A stretch of 20,000 nt of DNA, from assembly GCA_016937995.1 (NCBI GenBank), contig JAFGVM010000037.1, forward strand, positions 47,437-67,436, given 5' to 3'. The position numbers were made by a program, and so were the translations under genes. Positions 1-7,648 of this stretch are shown here, one piece after another (the stretch's first letter is position 1; each line of letters starts with the position of its first letter). Source of the stretch: Candidatus Delongbacteria bacterium. Its GTDB lineage: Bacteria > UBA4055. Under the pieces are notes generated by a model. It was not told where the DNA came from. It did not search any database and saw nothing but the letters and a program-made list of their open reading frames with translations.

Positions 1-34
1 CTAGAATTAAACATAAACTGACAATATTCCTCAT
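1..34 (-). CDS. 5' end of a gene running off the left edge (MRNIVSLCLIL..., signal-peptide-like)
   Basis: ATG at 34-32 with SD-like GAGAGGG at 46-40; frame open to position 1; basic then hydrophobic N-terminus. Confidence 0.55.
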   Translation of the reverse strand, partial: MRNIVSLCLIL

Positions 35-147
35 AAATTCCCTCTCGCATGTGCGTTCTTCTAAATTAATGTTTAGTCAAATATAAGGCATAAATATACA
101 CGTGGGTATTATAAAAAACATATTTTTAAATTTTTTGTTTGTTACCT

Positions 148-224
148 AAGGGGCGAACCCTTGTGGTCGCCCTTTATAATTAAAATAAAAAATTTAAAAA
201 GGCATGTACAGGACAAGCCCCAAC
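148..224. repeat. Inverted pair of degenerate REP-like palindromes (REPIN-like doublet)
   Basis: + strand AAGGGGCGAACCCTTGTGGTCGCCC (148-172) and - strand GTTGGGGCTTGTCCTGTACATGCC (224-201): GC-rich hairpins with GTAG-like leaders in AT-rich intergenic DNA. Confidence 0.55.
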
Positions 225-272
225 GGTAACATTTTAAAAATATGAAAATAAATTTCAAAAATAATAGCAAAA

Positions 273-310
273 GGTCACTATTTGACCGGGTGAGTTCATT
301 ATATTACCAT
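273..310 (+). promoter_or_regulatory. Candidate promoter with overlapping palindromic operator for the PUR-domain gene
   Basis: TTGACC (282-287), 17 nt, TACCAT (305-310); inverted repeat GGTCA-ctatt-TGACC (273-287) overlaps the -35. Confidence 0.4.
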
Positions 311-366
311 TGAGCGAGTTAACTAAGCATAAATTAAAACCTAAAATAAAAAAAAGGAGAACCATC

Positions 367-798
367 ATGGAAAACTCAAACACACAGAACGCGATCTTCA
401 CCACTAACTTCAAAGCTGGACAGAGAATGTTCTATCTTGACATGCGTGAAGCAAAGAACAACAGTAAGTATCTGAAGATCACTGAAAGAAAATTTACAGA
501 AGATGGTGATTTTGAAAATCACGGCATCATGATCTTTGAACAGGATTTTGAAAAACTCAGCAAAGCGATCAGTGAAGCAATGTCAAAAGTTGATTTCAAA
601 GAAGTTGCAAAAAAAGAAAGTAAAAAGACCGGCAGTGAATTTCCTAACCAGGGTCTTAAATGGTCAGAAGAGGATGAAGTAAAGCTTGAAAAACTTTTCA
701 AAAAAGGTAATTCAATAGAAGCCATGATGAAGGTCTTCGGAAGAAGTGAAAAAGGCATTACTTCTCGTCTCGAAAAACTCGAACTCATAGAAGCATAG
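367..798 (+). CDS. PUR-family (DUF3276) ssDNA/RNA-binding protein with C-terminal HTH/Myb-like domain
   Basis: KAGQRMFYLDMREAKNNSKYLKITE...IMIFEQDF fits the PUR repeat; C-terminal GLKWSEEDE..L..LF..G.SI......FGRSEKGI.SRL resembles an HTH; start moved to ATG 367 because of SD AGGAGA at 355-360. Confidence 0.8.
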   Translation: MENSNTQNAIFTTNFKAGQRMFYLDMREAKNNSKYLKITERKFTEDGDFENHGIMIFEQDFEKLSKAISEAMSKVDFKEVAKKESKKTGSEFPNQGLKWSEEDEVKLEKLFKKGNSIEAMMKVFGRSEKGITSRLEKLELIEA

Positions 799-810
799 GA
801 TAGATACCTA

Positions 811-841
811 TGGATTCCCGGGTCAAGCCCGAGAATGACAT
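811..841 (+). repeat. Palindromic repeat, TCAAG-loop family (copy 1)
   Basis: TGGATTCCCGGGTCAAGCCCGAGAATGACAT; 27/31 identical to 9430-9460. Confidence 0.8.
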
Positions 842-860
842 ATTATATTCAGCTTATATG

Positions 861-890
861 AAAAAAAAAACGGGCTAATGCCCGTTTTTT
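861..890. terminator. Bidirectional intrinsic terminator between convergent genes
   Basis: A10-CGGGC-taat-GCCCG-T6. Confidence 0.9.
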
Positions 891-978
891 ATTTCTTCTT
901 GTGTCTGTTCTTTCTCAATCTCTTCTTTCTCTTGTGAGTGTTGATCTTATGTCTCTTTCTTTTCTTACCACTTGGCAT
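889..978 (-). CDS. 30S ribosomal protein bS22 (AURKAIP1/COX24/mS38-like basic peptide), 29 aa
   Basis: Manual translation MPSGKKRKRHKINTHKRKKRLRKNRHKKK*; SD GGAGG at 988-984, 5 nt from the ATG; absent from the ORF track. Confidence 0.9.
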   Translation of the reverse strand: MPSGKKRKRHKINTHKRKKRLRKNRHKKK

Positions 979-995
979 GATCGCCTCCGATTATG

Positions 996-1307
996 TTATT
1001 TTTTTGAATTTTTATTTACAGAATCTTTCAAACTTTTCACCGGTCTGAATACGGGTACGTTCTTCTCAGGAATTTCAAGTTTCTCTCTGCCTTTTGGTTT
1101 ATAAGCAATTCTTGCAGCTCTTTGGACTACTTTGAATGTTCCGAAACCTCTCAGCTCTACAATATTATCATCTTTAAGGCTGTCCTTCAAAACTTCCAGC
1201 ATGTTGTTTATAACACTGCCTGTTTCTTTGTAAGAAAGCCCCGTTATCTCGTGAACTTTTTTGATGATGTCAAACTTCGTCACTTTGTTTTCGTTATTTT
1301 TTCCCAC
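996..1307 (-). CDS. HU/IHF-family nucleoid-associated DNA-binding protein
   Basis: VELRGFGTFKVVQRAARIAYKP...IPEKNVPVFRP motif; GTG start with SD AGGAGA. Confidence 0.92.
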   Translation of the reverse strand: MGKNNENKVTKFDIIKKVHEITGLSYKETGSVINNMLEVLKDSLKDDNIVELRGFGTFKVVQRAARIAYKPKGREKLEIPEKNVPVFRPVKSLKDSVNKNSKK

Positions 1308-1351
1308 TTCGTTTTCTCCTATGGTTTAATTATTTATGCTTAATTTAATTA

Positions 1352-1386
1352 TTTTCACTTCTAACTTTTCACTTCTAACTTTTAAC
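1352..1386. repeat. Heptamer short tandem repeat (5 units) just after the mltD stop
   Basis: TTTTCAC TTCTAAC TTTTCAC TTCTAAC TTTTAAC. Confidence 0.8.
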
Positions 1387-1387
1387 T

Positions 1388-2911
1388 TTAAAGGTATATA
1401 ACCAGATTCTGCCCCGGTTTAATAATATTTCTGTTGTCTATCTTGTTCCATGCCTTTAATTTATTATGATTAACTTTAAATTTTCTTGAAATACCCCAAA
1501 CACTATCACCGCTTTTTACTCTGTAATTAACTTTTTTGCGACCATTAAGATAATATTTCTCATCATCGTAGTATGATAAATATTTATTGTTAAAGTCCGT
1601 GAACCACTTTTCACTCGTAGGAGGTTTTATAACTTTAATTATATCACCGGCAGAAATGTCCCTGCTGTTGTTCAGATCTTTGATCCCCTGTTTTTTCACA
1701 TTGAGATCATTTGCGATCTTATCATAAGTATCATCTTCCTTTACAGTATAAACATCAACCGAATAAATATCACTTTTTTCCAACTTGTTGAATTTTTCTC
1801 TGAACCCCATTTTTGACATAACAGGTATTACTACCGGGTAATTCTTTGCATAAGGAGGTAAACACCATTGTCTGAGCTGAGGGTTGTTCTTCTTGATCTC
1901 TTCGTAAGTAATATTTGCAAGATCGGCTATTATCTTTAAATTTACACAGCTGTCTAATTGTACAGTGTCATATAATGCTTTTTCTGACTTGTATTTAAAT
2001 CCGTATTTTTCAGGTTCTTTTCCGATCTTGATCAAAGCTCTAAGTTTTGGAACGTACTCCCTGGTTTGTTTAGGAAGAGTTGTCAATTGCCAGAAATTGT
2101 TTGTCTTATGTTTTTTTACTCTTTTACTAACACCACCTTCACCACAGTTATAGGCTGCCAGTACAAGATTCCAGTCTTCAAATCTTTTGTAGAGAACTTT
2201 GTAAAATTTTGCGGCTGCAATAGTGGATTTTATGACATCTTTCCTTTCATCTTCCCACCAGTTAATGTTCAGACCAAAATTCTTTGCCGTAGATGGGATG
2301 AACTGCCATAATCCTGCAGCTTTAGCGTAAGAATGTGAGAATGGAACATATCCTGATTCCGCCATCGGAACATATGCTAATTCTTCAGGAAGTCCAAAAG
2401 CTGTAAATACTTTCTTCACATCATCAACATATCTTGCTGCTCTGTGTAAATAAGTTTGAGCTGTTTTTCTTCTCTTTCCATTATAAATTTCAAGAAAATA
2501 TTTTACGAGATTAAGTTCTTTGTCAGGAAAAGGTGCATATTCGATTTTTTCATCGCTAACAAGATCAAGATCGATCTTGTCCAGATGAAATACCTTTTCC
2601 TCATTTGAATCATAGTCAATGTTCTCGACTATACATTTAAGGTTGTTGTAGTGGTCAAATATTTCTGTTTTTATGGAATTAAATTCTTGGGATGTTTCGG
2701 TATGTGCAGCTTCAACTGAATCGATGTATGCTATAATAGAATCATAAAAATATAATGAACCTTCAAAATTATTCTCTCTGACCAGCTTGTTTGCATGAAC
2801 GCTCAATGATTCAAGATAGGCGATATCTTTCTCGAAAACATTGTCGCAAAACAGAGAAGCCTCTGACATAAGTATTGTCAGGATCAAAGTATTTATTACA
2901 TTTTTATTCAT
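1388..2911 (-). CDS. mltD: MltD-like lytic murein transglycosylase (SLT domain plus LysM repeats)
   Basis: AES catalytic motif, AAGLWQFIP, LAAYNCGEG; C-terminal LysM YRVKSGDSVWGIS...IKPGQNL; start 2911 preferred (signal-like MNKNVINTLILTIL), 2935 possible. Confidence 0.9.
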   Translation of the reverse strand: MNKNVINTLILTILMSEASLFCDNVFEKDIAYLESLSVHANKLVRENNFEGSLYFYDSIIAYIDSVEAAHTETSQEFNSIKTEIFDHYNNLKCIVENIDYDSNEEKVFHLDKIDLDLVSDEKIEYAPFPDKELNLVKYFLEIYNGKRRKTAQTYLHRAARYVDDVKKVFTAFGLPEELAYVPMAESGYVPFSHSYAKAAGLWQFIPSTAKNFGLNINWWEDERKDVIKSTIAAAKFYKVLYKRFEDWNLVLAAYNCGEGGVSKRVKKHKTNNFWQLTTLPKQTREYVPKLRALIKIGKEPEKYGFKYKSEKALYDTVQLDSCVNLKIIADLANITYEEIKKNNPQLRQWCLPPYAKNYPVVIPVMSKMGFREKFNKLEKSDIYSVDVYTVKEDDTYDKIANDLNVKKQGIKDLNNSRDISAGDIIKVIKPPTSEKWFTDFNNKYLSYYDDEKYYLNGRKKVNYRVKSGDSVWGISRKFKVNHNKLKAWNKIDNRNIIKPGQNLVIYL

Positions 2912-3032
2912 TCTGCTATAGTGCCTCCCTGGCATCGCAGTATTATTAAACTGTGTATCTATTTTACAAGATCGAATAACTTTTCTTTATCATTCCTGGA
3001 TCTCAATAATTAAAAATCTCAAGAATGCTGTT

Positions 3033-4406
3033 CTACAAACTGTCTTCTATTTCTTTCAGTTTTAACTGAATGAGCTGCATTATCTCATCAAGTCTTTCCT
3101 GTGTCTGGGCTTCATATCTCTGTACTAAAGCAGGTTGTGTATTTGATGCTCTAAGAAGTCCGAAACCATCATCAAAGATAACCCTTACTCCATCAACATC
3201 ATTTACTTTATATCCTGCATTCTTAAAATATTCTACCGCTTTTTTAACTATCTCAAATTTCTTATTGTCATCACTATCTAATCTTATTTCAGGAGTCATA
3301 ATAGTTTTAGGAACATCTTTCAATAATTCAGAGATCGAACTTCCGGTAGTTGACATAATTTCAAGCAACCTTAAAGAAGCATAAAGTGCATCATCATGTC
3401 CAAAAAATCTGTCTTTGAAGAAAATGTGCCCACTTACCTCTCCACCTAATTCTGCATTTTCTTCTTTCATCTTAGCTTTGATCAGTGAATGACCTGCTTT
3501 CCACATAATTGCTCTTCCGCCAAGCTCTTCAATACCGTCATACATAGTCTGAGAACATTTAACTTCACCTATAATAGTTGCGCCGGGTTTTCTTGAAAGA
3601 ATCTCTTTTGCAAAGATAAGCATAAGATGATCACCAAAAAGCATCTTACCTGTTTCACTTACGATACCAATTCTGTCAGCATCACCGTCATAACCTATAC
3701 CAAGATCAGCTTTTTCTTCCTCAACTTTAGCTATAAGATCGACCATATTCTTAGGAACAGTAGGATCCGGATGATGATTCGGGAACGTTCCATCAGGCTT
3801 TGTATAAAGTTCAATAACTTCCATTCCGAAATGCCTGAATATCTCAGCTGCGACCTCTCCACCTGTACCATTCCCACCATCAACTACGACCTTTAGCTTT
3901 TTTTCGCCCATATTGATATTTTCTTTCATATAACCGAGATAATCTTCCTTAACTGAAATGGTATCAAGTTTACCTTGTGCTCTGTCTGGTGGTTTTGCAT
4001 AAAATTTATTTTCAAGAATGATATTTTTAAGAACTTGTATCTCTTGACCGAAAATAGAAGCAAACTTTGTTGACATCTTCAGTCCATTCATATCTGAAGG
4101 ATTGTGAGAACCTGTTATCATAACACTTGCATCAGCTTCAAGTTTATACTGAGCAAAATATAGCAATGGAGTTGTACATTGACCGATAGAAGTAATATTG
4201 ATACCCAGTTCTATCATTGCTTTTGAAAAAGTACTAAACATATAATCAGCTGAAAGCCTTGCATCAAAACCGATCACACAGTTATTAAGACCTTTTTCTG
4301 CCAGATATGTAGCTAATGCCCTACCGATATTAGTTACAATCTCAGGAGTAAAATCAGCCTCAACTACTCCTCTAATGTCATATTCTCTAAATATATTTTC
4401 GTTCAC
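3033..4406 (-). CDS. Phosphomannomutase/phosphoglucomutase (AlgC-type)
   Basis: IFREYDIRG, phosphoserine motif TGSHNP, metal loop DGDADR, GEVSGH, RASNTQP. Confidence 0.95.
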   Translation of the reverse strand: MNENIFREYDIRGVVEADFTPEIVTNIGRALATYLAEKGLNNCVIGFDARLSADYMFSTFSKAMIELGINITSIGQCTTPLLYFAQYKLEADASVMITGSHNPSDMNGLKMSTKFASIFGQEIQVLKNIILENKFYAKPPDRAQGKLDTISVKEDYLGYMKENINMGEKKLKVVVDGGNGTGGEVAAEIFRHFGMEVIELYTKPDGTFPNHHPDPTVPKNMVDLIAKVEEEKADLGIGYDGDADRIGIVSETGKMLFGDHLMLIFAKEILSRKPGATIIGEVKCSQTMYDGIEELGGRAIMWKAGHSLIKAKMKEENAELGGEVSGHIFFKDRFFGHDDALYASLRLLEIMSTTGSSISELLKDVPKTIMTPEIRLDSDDNKKFEIVKKAVEYFKNAGYKVNDVDGVRVIFDDGFGLLRASNTQPALVQRYEAQTQERLDEIMQLIQLKLKEIEDSL

Positions 4407-4436
4407 AACTTATCTCCTTATGTTTTACACTCGCCT

Positions 4437-4465
4437 AAGATACGAAATGATTAACTGATACACAA
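4437..4465 (-). promoter_or_regulatory. Predicted promoter of PMM/PGM
   Basis: TTGTGT (4465-4460), 17 nt, TATCTT (4442-4437). Confidence 0.55.
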
Positions 4466-4545
4466 CTGAAAAATACGTTTTTTATTAAAAGATTATATTC
4501 TCTCACAAAGGGCACTAAGACATGGAGAGTGTTTGTCAGATATGA

Positions 4546-5313
4546 CTATGCACTAGAAAGAGTTAAAGATTTTGTGATAGGATCTAGGGGAACTTTTGGA
4601 GTAGATGTATCACTACGGATTAATCTGTTAATAAATTTATTTTGAAGTTTTTTATACTCATAATATGTTTTTTCATATTCATCAATCTTTTCTATGTTTT
4701 TATAAAAATTTTTCAGATTAAGAATTCCTACTTTCCTTAATCTACCAATTTTAACAGCATATTTCCTGATGTATTTATATCTATCATTCTCAGGAAAAGT
4801 AATTCTAAATTTGTTTTTTTTAATCGCCCAAGCGATTAGCCTTTGTAAAAATTCCCTATCATCGTCTTTAACGTTGAAGAAATCACCTATTGATTGGTAA
4901 ATGCCTTTAGCTCCATGAGCCCTATCACCATAAATGTAATTGCCAGTTTTTATGTAACTTTCATGGGATATAAAATATGGAATTAAGAACTTATTAATAT
5001 AATCTGCAATACTTGTTGAATTGCTTAATTGTAGTAATAAATCAAAATGTGTGGCAACACATAGTGCTTTATTACTTAATTTATGTTCATTTCTAACTTT
5101 ATTTTCAGTTTCATATACTATTGGAGGTACCGTTGGGTAAGTTTTTGCAAATATTATCTTTAGCTTTGGAGCAGAATTTACAACAATATCTTCGTATCTA
5201 GCTTTAATAATAAATCTACCTTTTATCTCAAGATAATCACCTTTATCCACTATTTTCATCTCAGGATAGATCTGTTGAATATATTTGATACTTTTACATA
5301 TTATTTCCCCCAT
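4546..5313 (-). CDS. CBASS-associated standalone E2 (ubiquitin-conjugating fold; type II-short Cap2-like)
   Basis: UBC-like YPTVPPIVYE...H......LC with a candidate catalytic Cys, then FLIPYF...GDRAHGAKGI; directly after the CD-NTase; ATG 5313 overlaps the CD-NTase end by 13 nt. Confidence 0.75.
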   Translation of the reverse strand: MGEIICKSIKYIQQIYPEMKIVDKGDYLEIKGRFIIKARYEDIVVNSAPKLKIIFAKTYPTVPPIVYETENKVRNEHKLSNKALCVATHFDLLLQLSNSTSIADYINKFLIPYFISHESYIKTGNYIYGDRAHGAKGIYQSIGDFFNVKDDDREFLQRLIAWAIKKNKFRITFPENDRYKYIRKYAVKIGRLRKVGILNLKNFYKNIEKIDEYEKTYYEYKKLQNKFINRLIRSDTSTPKVPLDPITKSLTLSSA

Positions 5314-6233
5314 AGTTTTGCACCTGTTGTGTACTCTTTTATTTCTTCTTGCTCCTGTTCTTTCTTTAATGGGAAACATTCTCCAAATAGCTCTCTAAAT
5401 ACAAGAGAAGCTCGATTACCACTATTATTATTTAGAGCTGTATTAATATCATCTAAAAAATCTTCTAGGTTTGAAATTCTTTTACTTTTCTGATAATCGG
5501 ACAAATCTTTCCACAAATCCTCATATGGTGATACCGGTTTAGAAATACTGTTCTCAGATTTCAATGTATTAATAATTTTATACAGAGTGTTATATAGTGA
5601 TTTGTCGTCTCTATCTTCATTCGGAACAAAGCAGTTAATACCTAAAATAGTTAATTCAATGCTAGTAAAATCAATATCTAAATAATCACGCCATGATTTT
5701 AAGTATCTAATAATCCTTGAATTTTGTTCATTGAATCTATTTTTGTAAAACCAATCCTTAAACTCTTTTGAATCACTATTAATCCATGAATTATCATTTG
5801 TCCTAGCCAAATATGCTTTTCCATCCTTTATAATATAAACCGGGATATCTAAATGATAGTATTTTCTATAATAAACTCTAACACAGCTTGTTTTACTTTC
5901 ACAACCATCCTGAGTATGTCCTACTAATGACTTTAAAATATCCTGATGGATTTCATTAGGTTTAGGCCAAGAATCTGAGTCCTCATCAACATGTCTTAAA
6001 TATAATCCATCGTCAATATCAACTTCAATATCTTCTTTAGGATTCAAAGCGGTATTAATTACAAATGAACCTTGGGATTTAAACAGAGGAATATTAATTT
6101 TCAACTCATCTTTAAAATATGTTCTTATTTTATCCCTTACAGCATTTCGACTTTTTAAAATTTTTTCTTTTTTGGTTTTTGTAAGCTTAATCTTCTTGTT
6201 GAAATCACAAAATTCTTTATGAAAGTTTAACAT
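5301..6233 (-). CDS. cGAS/DncV-like nucleotidyltransferase (CD-NTase, SMODS family)
   Basis: QGSF...DIDDGLY (DncV-like GS + DxD), K.SCVRV.Y....HLDIPVY third acidic residue, IIRYLKSWRD; SD GGAGGT upstream; C-terminus ...GAKLWGK. Confidence 0.93.
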   Translation of the reverse strand: MLNFHKEFCDFNKKIKLTKTKKEKILKSRNAVRDKIRTYFKDELKINIPLFKSQGSFVINTALNPKEDIEVDIDDGLYLRHVDEDSDSWPKPNEIHQDILKSLVGHTQDGCESKTSCVRVYYRKYYHLDIPVYIIKDGKAYLARTNDNSWINSDSKEFKDWFYKNRFNEQNSRIIRYLKSWRDYLDIDFTSIELTILGINCFVPNEDRDDKSLYNTLYKIINTLKSENSISKPVSPYEDLWKDLSDYQKSKRISNLEDFLDDINTALNNNSGNRASLVFRELFGECFPLKKEQEQEEIKEYTTGAKLWGK

Positions 6234-6241
6234 TTTACCTC

Positions 6242-6832
6242 CTAATATGTACCTTTTAATTTTTTACCTACAAATTTAGTTTCAATGGTTCCTTTTGTAG
6301 GTTCTTCTCTATTACTAAAATAATATCCTTTTAAATCGTTTTTTCCAATTGAGCAGTTTAATACACAAAAACCTTTATGCTCATTAATAGTATTTGAATT
6401 TTCAATCCCATCATTTTTATAAGCAAAACTAATCTCTATAGATCCGTCAGGTTTCATTATTAAATGTTCATTGATACTTTCAGAACATGATATCAATTCA
6501 TTATCATAGCTAAATTGTCTTATATATACGTAACTTGATGTTTGGGAAATTTCTATTATAATATGAATTTCTTTACCACCGTTGTAGTTTGATTTTAATG
6601 TCCCTTCATACCTTCCAGAAACATCTTTAATATTTAATAGATATGGAAAATATTTCCATAATTTTTTATCGTATGCGATCAATACAAAGGAAATAAAAGC
6701 TATAGCTGATACAGAAGGTATCCAGTTAAACGTTTCAGGAATTAATGATACAATAATCGAGTGTATAGCTATCAACGCAACAATAAAAAATATTAAAGTA
6801 TTAACTTTATAGTATTTAAATGACAATTTCAT
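6242..6832 (-). CDS. cap15: CBASS membrane effector, Cap15-like (SMODS-associated 2TM + beta-barrel)
   Basis: Two N-terminal hydrophobic helices, then LWK...DVSGRYEGTLKSNY, I.Q, Y.N, H.G, L.GYYFSNR...T.G pattern; adjacent to the CD-NTase. Confidence 0.85.
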   Translation of the reverse strand: MKLSFKYYKVNTLIFFIVALIAIHSIIVSLIPETFNWIPSVSAIAFISFVLIAYDKKLWKYFPYLLNIKDVSGRYEGTLKSNYNGGKEIHIIIEISQTSSYVYIRQFSYDNELISCSESINEHLIMKPDGSIEISFAYKNDGIENSNTINEHKGFCVLNCSIGKNDLKGYYFSNREEPTKGTIETKFVGKKLKGTY

Positions 6833-6849
6833 AAATTACCTTTTTGTAT

Positions 6850-7050
6850 TTAACAATGATATTTTCCCTCAATATAGCGATTGTAAAAAGTTCCTTTTGA
6901 TCTAGAATTTATAAATCTTTCAAATACTTCTTGCGGAACTCTACAAAAATCATAAGTCCGTCCTTGTTTAAATGTGATCTTCAATCTCATTATGTCAGGC
7001 TCGTAACCAATTTTCCTGATTGCTCTAGATCTAACTGGAATCATTTCCAT
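6850..7050 (-). CDS. KTSC domain protein (putative nucleic-acid-binding)
   Basis: PVRSRAIRKIGYE....L.ITF..G..Y....VP..V...F....SKG.FYN.YI matches the KTSC consensus; 66 aa. Confidence 0.9.
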   Translation of the reverse strand: MEMIPVRSRAIRKIGYEPDIMRLKITFKQGRTYDFCRVPQEVFERFINSRSKGTFYNRYIEGKYHC

Positions 7051-7051
7051 T

Positions 7052-7648
7052 CTATTTTTTCCCCACTATCTTCTCAACCACCTTATAAACCGTACTCCCA
7101 GCACTCTTCAACCTCTCCTCAAACGATCCTTTATCCTTATCCTTTGCCCTTTTCACAGCAGCATGAATCATTTTATCTGTGATCTGATTTACATCAACAC
7201 CTTTATCATAATTTGGAAGATATTTCTTAAGCTTCTTTGTACAATCCTTAGAATTCTTAACCCCTTTCCCATCTTCAAAATGCAGAAGCAACCAATACTC
7301 AAACTTAGGATTGCTCAAAGCAAAACCGTAATTCTCTTTCTCCTCTGCCCAATCGTGCAATTGCTTCAACTGCTTATCAGTCCACTCATCCCTGTCAACA
7401 ACAAGCCAGGCTTCATCTGTTTCTAAAAGGTTTTCCTCTTTTATATAATCCTTCATTCTCTTTAAAACACTAAGCGGTGAACTCTTTTTCTTACTTTTAA
7501 GACATTTCACTCTGATAATTGAACCTCTATTATCAAAGATCGAGAAATATTCCTGTTCAGTCTTTTGACCTTCAGTAGAGATGATATAAAGCTTTTTATA
7601 CCTCCTCGTTCCTGTCTTACGTTTAAACGATCTTCTTTTAGGCGGCAT
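7052..7648 (-). CDS. rloB: RloB-family (AbiLii-like) TOPRIM-fold protein
   Basis: IISTEGQKTEQEYF, WLVVDRD, SNPKFEYWLLLHF; ATG 7648 overlaps the rloA stop (TAATG). Confidence 0.9.
   Translation of the reverse strand: MPPKRRSFKRKTGTRRYKKLYIISTEGQKTEQEYFSIFDNRGSIIRVKCLKSKKKSSPLSVLKRMKDYIKEENLLETDEAWLVVDRDEWTDKQLKQLHDWAEEKENYGFALSNPKFEYWLLLHFEDGKGVKNSKDCTKKLKKYLPNYDKGVDVNQITDKMIHAAVKRAKDKDKGSFEERLKSAGSTVYKVVEKIVGKK

Noticed and set aside
310-366. TTG start extending the PUR protein by 19 aa
   Set aside because: The strong SD lies just before ATG 367 and the TTG overlaps the predicted -10
901-1104. 67-aa + strand ORF and CT-rich low-complexity tract
   Set aside because: It is the antisense shadow of the Lys/Arg-rich bS22 gene and the HU 3' end
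5314-5379. N-terminal extension of the E2 ORF given in the track
   Set aside because: It would overlap the CD-NTase by 79 nt; ATG 5313 is more plausible
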